From an uncultured Candidatus Bathyarchaeia archaeon (GTDB lineage Archaea; Thermoproteota; Bathyarchaeia; TCS64), in NCBI GenBank assembly GCA_964618045.1, contig CAZTZC010000005.1:1-36776 (forward strand): a stretch of 36,776 nucleotides of DNA, written 5' to 3'. Below the pieces are notes generated by a model. It saw only the letters and a program-made list of their open reading frames with translations, was not told the origin of the DNA and did not search any database. The stretch's first letter is position 1. Every line of letters begins with the position of its first letter. A program made the translations under genes and the position numbers. Shown here piece by piece: positions 16,509 to 24,728 of the stretch.

Positions 16509-16970
16509 CTATACTCCTTTCAGTTCTCTTACGTAGTCAGCGTGCACCGTGATAGGCAGCGTGAACGCGGCCTCAAGTATCTCGATGGTGACCTCCTCCT
16601 TGGAGACGTCAACCCTCACGACACGGGCCTGCATCCCCTTGAAGGGGCCGGCGATCACCTCGACCAGGGTCCCCTCCTCCAAGCCTTCAACCACCGGCTT
16701 AGTCTCTATGTAGTGGTCCACCTCTTCAGGGCTGATGGTGCCCTGCACGCGTTCACGCGTGTGGCGCATCCCCCTGATGAGCTCATCCACTATGTGGGGC
16801 CTCTCGGCCTCGACGATGATGTATCCCTTCAGCTCGGCCGGCGCCAGTATGGCCACTATAGGCAGCCCCTCCACCTTCGCCTTGTCCGACAGCATCATGG
16901 CTACGGTGCGCTCCTGGCCGTTAGTGACCTTTATCGCGTACAGGGATGTTCTCACAGTTCTTTCGGACAA
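16509..16970 (-). CDS. spt5: transcription elongation factor Spt5 (NusG homologue)
   Basis: NGN domain (YAIKVTNGQERTVA) and KOW motif (GTLVEVIAGPFKGMQARVVRVD). Non-ATG start: TTG at 16970, or GTG 15 nt downstream. Confidence 0.9.
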   Translation of the reverse strand: MSERTVRTSLYAIKVTNGQERTVAMMLSDKAKVEGLPIVAILAPAELKGYIIVEAERPHIVDELIRGMRHTRERVQGTISPEEVDHYIETKPVVEGLEEGTLVEVIAGPFKGMQARVVRVDVSKEEVTIEILEAAFTLPITVHADYVRELKGV

Positions 16971-17081
16971 CTAGACCACGCCCGATGCACCATGCTTTGT
17001 ATAGTGCAAAGATATTAATATTGCTGAAAGCCCGCTTTTTAAGAACATATATAATACGCGGCAATGGAATATGAGTGAAAG

Positions 17082-17264
17082 GTGAATATTTTGGTCCTAT
17101 CGGCCTTGAAGTCATTGGTCATGACAGAGACCCACGACGTCGCGCTGCTTCTGTTCGAGTTCGAGGAGGTCTTCGCAGTCGCGGTCGGGTTCATGATCGT
17201 CCTGATGTACCTTTTCTACTTCAAGTACCCCTACAACAAGGAATTCGAGCAGAACCAACGTTAA
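17082..17264 (+). CDS. small hypothetical membrane protein (47-60 aa depending on start)
   Basis: ORF on the opposite strand in the unusually long secE-spt5 spacer. Third codon positions are GC-rich like bona fide genes. One hydrophobic segment FAVAVGFMIVLMYLFYF. The start is ambiguous (GTG 17082 or ATG 17121). Confidence 0.35.
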   Translation: MNILVLSALKSLVMTETHDVALLLFEFEEVFAVAVGFMIVLMYLFYFKYPYNKEFEQNQR

Positions 17265-17286
17265 AATTTTATGGTTTATCGCAGGA

Positions 17287-17475
17287 CTATACGCCGGTCC
17301 CGCCCTGCAGCGTGACGGAGATGAGCCTTACGAGGAAACCAACGGCACCTAGTAAGCCTATGCCTGCGAACACTATCTTGATGCTCATCCAGTAGGTCTT
17401 CCAGTCCGGCCGCGTAAGCGTCCTCATCAGCCTGTCCGCGTTCTGGAGGAACTCGTTAAGTCCCATGGTTTTCAC
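17287..17475 (-). CDS. secE: protein translocase subunit SecE / Sec61-gamma
   Basis: 62 aa with a single C-terminal TM (IKIVFAGIGLLGAVGFLVRLI), in the conserved position upstream of spt5-L11. Confidence 0.85.
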   Translation of the reverse strand: MKTMGLNEFLQNADRLMRTLTRPDWKTYWMSIKIVFAGIGLLGAVGFLVRLISVTLQGGTGV

Positions 17476-17504
17476 CCTATCAAACAGTGATCTCTAGTTA
17501 AAGT

Positions 17505-18416
17505 TTACGTATTCTCGAGAAGCCTCTCCGCGAACCACTCCACGTCGAAGGGCTGCAGGTCCTTGTACTCCTGGCCGACACCCACGTATATGACGGGCTT
17601 GCCGGTCAGGTAGCTGACGCTGAGGCTGCTGCCTCCCTTGGCGTCTGCGTCGACCTTGGTGAGCACCGCGGCGTCGAACCCGACTTGCTCGTTGAAGGTC
17701 ATCGCCTGCTCCGTGGCGTCGTTGCCTATGAGGCTGTCCAGGATCATTATTGTCAGGTCTGGCTGGACCACGCGCTTCATCTTCTGAAGCTCGTCCATGA
17801 GGTTCCGGTTCGTCTGCATCCGCCCAGCGGTGTCGATCAAAACTACGTCGACGCCCTGGGCCTTGGCGTGCTCGACGGCGTCGAAGCCCACCGCCGCCGC
17901 GTCGGAGCCGTACCTGTGCCTGATGACCCTGACGCCGAGGCGTCGCCCGTGCTCCTCAAGCTGCTCTATGGCACCTGCCCTGTAGGTGTCCGCGGAGGCG
18001 AGGACGACGGTGAATCCTTTGTCCATGAGCAGCCGGGACATCTTCGCGATGGTGGTGGTCTTGCCTGTACCATTGATTCCTACGAACATGACGACGAAGG
18101 GCTCACCCCTCGCCTTAGCCTCGGATACGAGTTTGAGCAGATCCACTCTGCCTGAGCCGTTCATCACAGACTCCAGCGACGCCTTGAGAGAGTCATGGAT
18201 CAGCTTGGACTTGTCTCCGAACCTGGGCGCGTCCTCGCCGAGAAGCCTCTCCTTTAGCTCTCTGCAGACCTTCTCCGCGACCTCGACGGAGACATCGTTT
18301 CCGATGAGCTGAAGCTGCAGATCCCATAGAATCGGATCCAGATCCTTCTCCGTCAGCCCAGCACTGTTAATCCTGTTTACTATGCCTTTGAGTCCCTGAC
18401 GGAGCTTCTCGAACAC
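17505..18416 (-). CDS. ftsY: signal recognition particle receptor FtsY
   Basis: 303 aa SRP-GTPase with GINGTGKTTT (G1), DTAGR (G3) and TKVDA (G4). GTG start overlaps the pfdA stop. Confidence 0.93.
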   Translation of the reverse strand: MFEKLRQGLKGIVNRINSAGLTEKDLDPILWDLQLQLIGNDVSVEVAEKVCRELKERLLGEDAPRFGDKSKLIHDSLKASLESVMNGSGRVDLLKLVSEAKARGEPFVVMFVGINGTGKTTTIAKMSRLLMDKGFTVVLASADTYRAGAIEQLEEHGRRLGVRVIRHRYGSDAAAVGFDAVEHAKAQGVDVVLIDTAGRMQTNRNLMDELQKMKRVVQPDLTIMILDSLIGNDATEQAMTFNEQVGFDAAVLTKVDADAKGGSSLSVSYLTGKPVIYVGVGQEYKDLQPFDVEWFAERLLENT

Positions 18417-18862
18417 TACTGCGCACCCTGGAAGGCGTTCTGGATCTCCATTGATAACCTTTCCGCCATCCCCTGATGGGACTCGAGCTGGGCGAGTATC
18501 TGGCCCAGCTGCTGCTGGACGGCGCCCTGCGCCTGCTCCATCTCCTGAAGCCGTTCACCTATCTCCTCGATGGATTTATCGTAGTCCATCTCCACGGAGA
18601 CGTCCGCCCCTATGCCCACAACGACTTTGCTGATGTCGCCGAGCTGGGCGTCCATGAACACGCCGCCCCCTATCGGGACGAGGAGCGGGTTCCCGGGCTC
18701 GATGCCCTTCAGGTCCCTGAGCGAGCCTTGCGCCAGCCGGAGCTCAGATATGGAGGCTGTGAGAAACTGAAGCCTCTGGTTGAGCGCATCGACGGAGCTC
18801 TCCATCATCCTCATCTCGGTGACGAGGCGCCTCAGCTGCTTCTCCTTATCCTGCTGGCTCAA
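18416..18862 (-). CDS. pfdA: prefoldin alpha subunit
   Basis: 148 aa with coiled-coil ends and a central beta-hairpin region ..LVPIGGGVFMDAQL... Conserved position between rplX and ftsY. Confidence 0.88.
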   Translation of the reverse strand: MSQQDKEKQLRRLVTEMRMMESSVDALNQRLQFLTASISELRLAQGSLRDLKGIEPGNPLLVPIGGGVFMDAQLGDISKVVVGIGADVSVEMDYDKSIEEIGERLQEMEQAQGAVQQQLGQILAQLESHQGMAERLSMEIQNAFQGAQ

Positions 18863-18865
18863 CGG

Positions 18866-19066
18866 CTACTCCTCTGGCTGCTCTTCCTCGACGCTTTGTA
18901 TGGAGATCTGGTGACGCTTGGCGCGGTGGCGGCTCCCCATCTCGCTGTATATCTTCTCCACCGCATGCTCCTCCTTGGTAGCCGACACCAGCTTGTCGAA
19001 GATGAGGGGCTCGAAGAAGTGCTTCTTCATGATCTCGCCCTTGACCCTGAAAATCTTGACGCTCAC
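18866..19066 (-). CDS. rplX: 50S ribosomal protein LX (eL20/L18Ae family)
   Basis: 66 aa, MSVKIFRVKGEI..KEEHAVEKIYSEMGSRHRAKR... GTG start in a GTGA overlap with the L31e stop. Confidence 0.85.
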   Translation of the reverse strand: MSVKIFRVKGEIMKKHFFEPLIFDKLVSATKEEHAVEKIYSEMGSRHRAKRHQISIQSVEEEQPEE

Positions 19067-19326
19067 TGCTCTGCCTCCGCCAGCTCCACCACCACGACGC
19101 CCTCGTCGTCCTTCGTCATCTTTACCCGGATCTTCCGCGGCGGGTTCCTGATTCCTCGGGCCCAGATGTACTCGTTGACTGTGGGGTCGATGACCACCCC
19201 TGTGGGCTTCATATGCCGCTCCGTGAACTTCCTGAGCACCATCATGGCTTTCTCGGCTCTCCTGTAGCTCTGAGCGGTCCAGGCCCTCCCAAGAGGGACC
19301 GTGTATACTCTCTCTTCCTCTGACAA
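19063..19326 (-). CDS. rpl31e: 50S ribosomal protein L31e
   Basis: 87 aa with ..RVYTVPLGRAW......RAEKAMMVLRKF..H.......IDP.VNEYIWARGIRNPPRKIRVK.., the L31e signature. Confidence 0.92.
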   Translation of the reverse strand: MSEEERVYTVPLGRAWTAQSYRRAEKAMMVLRKFTERHMKPTGVVIDPTVNEYIWARGIRNPPRKIRVKMTKDDEGVVVVELAEAEQ

Positions 19327-19338
19327 ACCTGATTCCTC

Positions 19339-19497
19339 CTAGAGACGTAGCTTCCTGTTACGCCAGTTCCTTCTGCTCTTAGGGCTCCAACGAACCTGGC
19401 CCCTGGTCTTAGCGATGATCCAAGCGGGCACCGACTTCTTAGCCTTCCCTGCCTTCGAGAGGCGGAGCTTGTACGCGAGATGCTTGTTTCTAGCCAT
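19339..19497 (-). CDS. rpl39e: 50S ribosomal protein L39e
   Basis: Not in the ORF track (52 aa). Hand translation gives MARNKHLAYKLRLSKAGKAKKSVPAWIIAKTRGQVRWSPKSRRNWRNRKLRL. ATG at 19497-19495 and TAG at 19341-19339. Confidence 0.88.
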   Translation of the reverse strand: MARNKHLAYKLRLSKAGKAKKSVPAWIIAKTRGQVRWSPKSRRNWRNRKLRL

Positions 19498-19501
19498 TTT
19501 C

Positions 19502-19840
19502 CTATACTCTCCTTATGGTTATGTCCCTCTTCGTCTGCTGGCTCTGTATCTGAGCGAGCAGCTTCTTCAAGACTTCGTCTGTGATCGGCAGAGCAACGCG
19601 CCCCGTCTGCGCTATCTGTATGAGCTGCAGCTCGATCTGCGCCGCGAACTCAGGCTGCACGAGCTTCACGTTCGTCAGTCTCTGCCTCGCTTCAGGTGTG
19701 AGGATCTTTCGGAGGATGCCTTGCTTCTGGGTCTCGGCCTCCTGCTGTGCCTGCGCGGCTTCTTCCTGCTGGGCCCGCTGAGACTGAAGCTGGGCCATCC
19801 GCTGCTGCCTTAGCCTCTCAAGCTCCTCGTCTGAAGACAT
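19502..19840 (-). CDS. PDCD5/TFAR19-like dsDNA-binding protein
   Basis: 112 aa with a Q/E-rich N-terminus followed by ..[38 protein letters not shown].. In archaea this family sits between S19e and L39e. Confidence 0.85.
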   Translation of the reverse strand: MSSDEELERLRQQRMAQLQSQRAQQEEAAQAQQEAETQKQGILRKILTPEARQRLTNVKLVQPEFAAQIELQLIQIAQTGRVALPITDEVLKKLLAQIQSQQTKRDITIRRV

Positions 19841-19850
19841 CGACTTTCAC

Positions 19851-20306
19851 TTAGTAATCCTTGAGCTCTGGACGTTCCCTGTCCAGCTCTCTCTTTATCT
19901 GGGTGCTCATTGCGTCAAGAAGGCTGCGCCCCTTACCTGTGACTGATCTTCCTTTGACGCCTTCCTTCTGGGCGAGGCCAGCCTGTTCAAGCTGCTGAAG
20001 TATGGTCCTTATGATGTTGCCTCCGGCCTTAGCGAAGTGAGCGGGTCTGACGCCTCTCCTCTTCCTCCCGCCGTACTCCTTCCTGAGCCTTGAAACTCCT
20101 ACGGGGCCGTTCATGTAGAGCTTCCGTATGATGGATGCGCTCCTCACGTACCACCAGTCGGGGTTCTGAGGCACCCGTTCAACGTGGCTTCCCGTCTTCA
20201 CGTAGCCTGACCACTCCGGCGGCTGGATGTCTCTTACGTTCTCCTTGAGGTAACCTGAGAGCCTGTCTATCAGCACGTCAGCCGGTACGTCGTATGCTGT
20301 CGTCAT
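19851..20306 (-). CDS. rps19e: 30S ribosomal protein S19e
   Basis: MTTAYDVPADVLIDRLSGYLKEN..PEWSGYVKTGSH.ERVPQNPDWWYVR.ASI.RKLY... I trimmed the start to Met-26 of the listed ORF (ATG 20306-20304). Confidence 0.9.
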   Translation of the reverse strand: MTTAYDVPADVLIDRLSGYLKENVRDIQPPEWSGYVKTGSHVERVPQNPDWWYVRSASIIRKLYMNGPVGVSRLRKEYGGRKRRGVRPAHFAKAGGNIIRTILQQLEQAGLAQKEGVKGRSVTGKGRSLLDAMSTQIKRELDRERPELKDY

Positions 20307-20604
20307 TTTTCTTCTTCCCAGACGTTTGAACCATACAGGTTTCCGACATATATACCTAGTCTTTTCCGCATGGCTCAGCATCTCTTAACCATAGAGATAA
20401 GATAAAAAAGTTTAGGCTGAGCGGAATCTATCCCGCCGTAAATTTGCGCAGCTTCACCAGATTTACGAGGATAAGTTGTGTGGTCTCCCCATCACGTTAG
20501 ACGCGGCGGCAGATGTAGAAACATGTAAAATCAGCCCCTTTTTTTTTAGGGTTTTTATATTTATATGTTAAGTACTAGGGGCATTTACCAATCGTAAATG
20601 ATGA

Positions 20605-20641
20605 TATACTATTAGTATACTATTAGTATACTTGTGTATAC
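20605..20641. repeat. 11-bp tandem repeat TATACTATTAG x2, followed by TATACTTGTG and TATAC (helically phased TATAC boxes)
   Basis: Read directly: 20605-20615 and 20616-20626 are identical, and TATAC recurs at 20627 and 20637. The repeats lie 50-85 nt upstream of the GTG start at 20692, in a divergent spacer. Confidence 0.6.
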
Positions 20642-20691
20642 GGATTAAGGTGATAAATACCCGTCGAACATAGCTCTGTAGGGGCATAGAA

Positions 20692-21162
20692 GTGAAGAAA
20701 AGGAACATCATACTCCTTGCGCTGCTACTTCTAGGGTCGATAGTGACTACCACGCAAGCCTGGTCGATAATCCCGATAACGCAGGAGTCATCGTTCTACG
20801 AGGCGGAGACGGAGGCCTCGGACAGGACCATATCCAACTTCAGATCCAGGCCGTTGGGGAAGAACAAGATCTTGGTCATTTTTGATGTTAGTGAGGGCAC
20901 GGAGTATGTCAACGTCACGGTGCAGCCCCTCGACGAGTATGGTAACATACTGAACTCGACCGGGCCGGGGTCGAAGATCATGTACAGCGCAGGAGGGGGT
21001 AGCCTCATAGACTGGAGAGTTTTCCCCATACCCGACAGGGAGATGATTTTCTACTACGAGCACGAAGACACTACAGGGGGGCAGCTCAAAGTGCTTTTCA
21101 TGATATCCGATATAGTGCTCGACTACGAGACCGTTCTAATCGAGCTCGAGGACTACACGTAG
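20692..21162 (+). CDS. hypothetical secreted protein
   Basis: 156 aa with a GTG start and Sec-type signal MKKRNIILLALLLLGSIVTTTQAWS. GC is lower than in the core genes. No recognisable motif. Confidence 0.55.
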   Translation: MKKRNIILLALLLLGSIVTTTQAWSIIPITQESSFYEAETEASDRTISNFRSRPLGKNKILVIFDVSEGTEYVNVTVQPLDEYGNILNSTGPGSKIMYSAGGGSLIDWRVFPIPDREMIFYYEHEDTTGGQLKVLFMISDIVLDYETVLIELEDYT

Positions 21163-21231
21163 AAGGCAGAGTTCGCTAGGTCGTCCAAGGTGTTAATGAA
21201 GAAGAGGGCTGGCTGGAAGACCTGAAGAAGA

Positions 21232-22179
21232 TTAGCCGCTGAGGTACTTCTTGTCCAGCTTAGCCACGACTGTGTAGAGAGGGTCCACGATCTGGGCAAT
21301 GCGAGCCTTGCACACGAGGCTCAGGAAGATGTAGGCGTCGTCTCTGTCCCAGCCATAGTCCTCGACCATCCAGTTTATCAGCTCCCTGTAGGCTAGCCTG
21401 GCGGCGTCCTCGAGCGGCCTCGCGCTGCACACCGTCATTATCTGGTCATCCGACTCGACCCTCGGCCAAGCGGTAGTCTTCTTCTGCACATGAAACCGTA
21501 GCTTCACCACGGCCCCGATCTCCACTGCCGTGCCGCATATCTCGCCGTCGCCCTGCACTGCGTGGACATCCCCGAGGCCGAAGAGGGCGCCCGGCTGCGA
21601 GACTGGCAGATACAGCTTGTTCCCCGGCTTGACGTCGGGGCAGTCCATGTTTCCGCCGTGGGGTCCAGGCGCCAGAGTCTGTATGGCCTCGTAGGCGGGG
21701 GAGACGCCGATGGTCCCTATGAAGGGGTCAGCGGGTATCTCCAAGATAGTTCCATGGTCGGCCTCGTAGACGACCTTGTCCTCTTTGATGTAGCTGACCT
21801 TGGTCTTGGGCTCCATCAGGTTGAGCCAGCCCTCGAGGGCGCCGAAGCCCGGTATTATGCTTGAGCCACCCCACTCAGGCAGCTCTATTCCGAGTATCTC
21901 CACCACGAGGGTGTCCCCGGGCTCGGCTCCCTCCACGTAGATGGGCCCTGTCACGGGGTTAAGGGCGCCCACCGCTCCATCCTCTACGGCCTGCTGAAAG
22001 GTACGCTCAGGGCTGACGACTCCGCCGTAGGCGTCCCATGTCTCCACCTCGACTGTCTCGCCTGGCTTCACGCGGGCGACCGGCTCGGTGCGTGGGTTCA
22101 GCGTCGAGTTATCCCAGGCGGTAAGCTCGTCTTGAGGTTTCTTCAATATCCTCCTGACCATAACAACCACGGTAGCCAC
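21232..22179 (-). CDS. acetamidase/formamidase family amidohydrolase
   Basis: 315 aa with ..[43 protein letters not shown].., typical of the FmdA/AmdA family. The start may be Met-7 (MVRRILKK). Confidence 0.85.
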   Translation of the reverse strand: MATVVVMVRRILKKPQDELTAWDNSTLNPRTEPVARVKPGETVEVETWDAYGGVVSPERTFQQAVEDGAVGALNPVTGPIYVEGAEPGDTLVVEILGIELPEWGGSSIIPGFGALEGWLNLMEPKTKVSYIKEDKVVYEADHGTILEIPADPFIGTIGVSPAYEAIQTLAPGPHGGNMDCPDVKPGNKLYLPVSQPGALFGLGDVHAVQGDGEICGTAVEIGAVVKLRFHVQKKTTAWPRVESDDQIMTVCSARPLEDAARLAYRELINWMVEDYGWDRDDAYIFLSLVCKARIAQIVDPLYTVVAKLDKKYLSG

Positions 22180-22301
22180 TTGGTTTCACGGGATTAAACG
22201 GTTACCCCACGGGTTTGGCGAAAAACGGAAAGAATAAAAATAGGCGGCGTGGTTGTGTAATAGCAGTCAGTCAGAATAGACTATCAACTAAGGTGAAAAG
22301 T

Positions 22302-22607
22302 ATGGAATACATGTATGCCGCCATGCTGCTACACAGCGCAGGCAAAGAGATCACCGAGGACGGGATCAGCAACACTCTCACAGCAGCGGGGGTCAAGCCA
22401 GACGCCACAAGGATCAAGGCTCTGGTCGCCGCCCTCGCAGAGGTCGACATCGACGAGGCCCTCAAGGCTCCGGTCTTCACCGCTGGCGCCGCCCCTGCCG
22501 CCCCTGCCCCAGCAGCAGCTGAGGAGGAGGCGGAAGAAGAGGAGCATGAAGAGGAGAAGGAGGAAGAGGAAGAGGACCTTCAGGGTCTCGGAGCCCTCTT
22601 CGGTTAA
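22302..22607 (+). CDS. rpl12: 50S ribosomal stalk protein P1 (archaeal L12)
   Basis: [22 protein letters not shown].., an Ala/Pro hinge, then [30 protein letters not shown] aaggtga lies 7 nt upstream of ATG 22302. The listed ORF start at 22215 is an upstream extension. Confidence 0.92.
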   Translation: MEYMYAAMLLHSAGKEITEDGISNTLTAAGVKPDATRIKALVAALAEVDIDEALKAPVFTAGAAPAAPAPAAAEEEAEEEEHEEEKEEEEEDLQGLGALFG

Positions 22608-22748
22608 GCTCTCCCCCAAGTTTCTTCTAGATCGAAACCGTAAACTAGTTTTAAGGAGCCATACCCAGATGCCACCGGACAGTCTACATCTCGTCCATTC
22701 CCTTAAGCTACCCATAAATGATTTACATTCTCGGCTAAGGTGGTTTGA

Positions 22749-24515
22749 TTGATAAGCCCTGACAAATTGAAGAAGATGTACCTGGAGTTTTTCCAGGAAA
22801 AGGGACATAAAGTAATCGCGAATGCGTCTCTCATACCGGAAAACGACCCCACCGCGCTGTTCACCTCGGCCGGGATGCATCCGCTTGTACCATATCTAAT
22901 GGGTCAACAGCATCCAAGCGGGAAAAGACTAGTAAACGTACAGAAATGCCTCAGAACCAGCGACATCGATGAGGTAGGGGACAGCTTCCACCTGAGCTTC
23001 TTCGAGATGCTTGGAAACTGGTCTCTCGGAGACTACTTCAAGCAAGAATCGATACCGTGGAGCTACGAGTTCCTCACAAGCAGGGAATGGCTCAACATCG
23101 ACGAGGAAAAGCTGAGCGTCACGGTCTTCGCCGGGGACGAGAAAATACCCAGAGACACTGAAAGCGCGAGAATATGGGAAGGACTCGGAATCCCGAAGGA
23201 TAGAATATTCTATCTGCCTAGAAAGGATAACTGGTGGGGGCCCATAGGCAGCACCGGGCCATGTGGACCCGACACGGAGATGTTCTACGACACGGGTAAG
23301 GAGCCGTGTGGAAGCGAGTGCAAGCCCGGCTGTAGCTGCGGGAAATACAACGAGATATGGAACAACGTCTTCATGGAGTACAATAAAACTCCGGATGGAG
23401 AGTATGAGCTGCTTGAACAGAAGAACGTCGACACGGGAATGGGAGTCGAGCGGACGGTCGCGGTCTTACAGGGAAAGGATAACGTATACGAGACCGAGTT
23501 ATTCGTCCCCCTCATCGATAGAATCAAAGAGATAGCTGATATCGAAGAAATCTCTAAAGAGCAAACTAGAAGCGTTAGAATAATATGTGACCATTCCCGT
23601 GCAGCCACTTTCATTCTAGCTGAAGGGATAGTTCCCTTGAACGTGGAGCAGGGATACGTTTTAAGGAGACTCATCAGAGGAGCCATCAGGCACGGGAAAC
23701 TGCTGGGCATAGAAGAAGAGTTCCTGAGCGAGTTATCGCGGATCGTGATAGAGACATACTCAAGGGATTACCCTCACTTGAAGCCGAACGAGGACTTCAT
23801 AGTTACGGAGCTGAGGAAGGAGTACAAGAAGTTTAACCACACGCTGGAAAGGGGTCTAAACAGGTTCAACAGGATAGTCGGAAGAAAGAAGGAAATCGAC
23901 GGCAAGGACGCTTTCCTCCTCTACCAGAGCTTCGGTTTCCCGATAGAGATAACAAGGGAGCTAGGGAAGGAGAACGGTATCTACGTTGACGTAGACGGCT
24001 TCTACGAAGAATTCGAGAAACATCAGAAGGTGTCCAGGGCTGGTGCCGATAAAAGGTTTGGAAGTGGTTTAGCCGACACGGCTGAGGATACGGTGAAACT
24101 GCACACCGCGACGCACCTGCTCAACGAGGCGTTGAGACGGGTCCTGGGGAAGGATATCTACCAGATGGGTTCAAACATAACACATGAACGTCTACGGTTT
24201 GACTTCAACTTCGACAGAAAGCTAACCGACGAAGAGATAGAGGAAGTGGAAGAGCTGGTTAACAGGCAGATCGAGAAGGCTCTCCCAGTCAAGAGAAGCG
24301 AGACTACGTTAGACGAAGCTATAAAGATGGGGAGCCAAGCAGTGTTCGAGCAAAAATACGGGGAAAAGGTCTCTGTGTACTCTATAGGCGACTTCTCGAT
24401 GGAGCTGTGCAGCGGTCCACACGTGAAGAACACGGGCGAGCTTGGACGATTCAAGATAATAAAGGAAGAGGGGATTTCCGCAGGCGTGCGGAGGATAAGA
24501 GCAGTCCTAGAATAA
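22749..24515 (+). CDS. alaS: alanine--tRNA ligase, short non-archaeal-type form (catalytic + tRNA-recognition + editing domains, no C-Ala)
   Basis: Motifs FTSAGMHP, HLSFFEMLGNWSLGDYFK, GPCGPDTEMFYD, DTGMGVERTVAVLQG, and editing-domain HTATHLL and CSGPHV. The protein ends ..GVRRIRAVLE. TTG start at 22749 (an alternative ATG at 22776 would cut the conserved N-terminus). GC and codon choice are visibly lower and different from the flanks. Confidence 0.85.
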   Translation: MISPDKLKKMYLEFFQEKGHKVIANASLIPENDPTALFTSAGMHPLVPYLMGQQHPSGKRLVNVQKCLRTSDIDEVGDSFHLSFFEMLGNWSLGDYFKQESIPWSYEFLTSREWLNIDEEKLSVTVFAGDEKIPRDTESARIWEGLGIPKDRIFYLPRKDNWWGPIGSTGPCGPDTEMFYDTGKEPCGSECKPGCSCGKYNEIWNNVFMEYNKTPDGEYELLEQKNVDTGMGVERTVAVLQGKDNVYETELFVPLIDRIKEIADIEEISKEQTRSVRIICDHSRAATFILAEGIVPLNVEQGYVLRRLIRGAIRHGKLLGIEEEFLSELSRIVIETYSRDYPHLKPNEDFIVTELRKEYKKFNHTLERGLNRFNRIVGRKKEIDGKDAFLLYQSFGFPIEITRELGKENGIYVDVDGFYEEFEKHQKVSRAGADKRFGSGLADTAEDTVKLHTATHLLNEALRRVLGKDIYQMGSNITHERLRFDFNFDRKLTDEEIEEVEELVNRQIEKALPVKRSETTLDEAIKMGSQAVFEQKYGEKVSVYSIGDFSMELCSGPHVKNTGELGRFKIIKEEGISAGVRRIRAVLE

Positions 24516-24728
24516 TTGAGTCCCTACCTCCACTCCCGCATTTTTCCAGGAAAAAAGAGTCTACATGCTCATACGGCAAGGCAAAATCGAAGCCAGAAAC
24601 AGTTAAATGCTCTGCCAGAGAAGCCGTGAAATTACAGCTCAAGCAGCCATTCTTCCCATGGGTAACCGTTTTTACTCACAACCTTTATTCCGGCGTCCTA
24701 TACAAGGTTGACAGAGTTAGAGGATAGT

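Noticed and set aside
20598-20660. AUGAUGA (C-box-like) at 20598-20604, suggesting a C/D-box sRNA.
   Set aside because: There is no CUGA D' or D box at the required spacing of about 12 nt, and no convincing C' box. The match lies in AT-rich repeat DNA where it is expected by chance.
22215-22301. N-terminal extension of the P1 ORF ([13 protein letters not shown]...).
   Set aside because: The conserved P1 N-terminus starts at [10 protein letters not shown], with a good SD 7 nt upstream of ATG 22302. The extension is basic, low-complexity and AT-rich.
22681-24566. 9-bp direct repeat AGTCTACAT at 22681-22689 and 24558-24566 flanking the low-GC alaS gene, considered as a possible target-site duplication.
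   Set aside because: A 9-bp match between two spacers of about 150-200 bp is not far from chance expectation, and no recombinase or terminal inverted repeats accompany it. I noted it only as weak support for the HGT idea.
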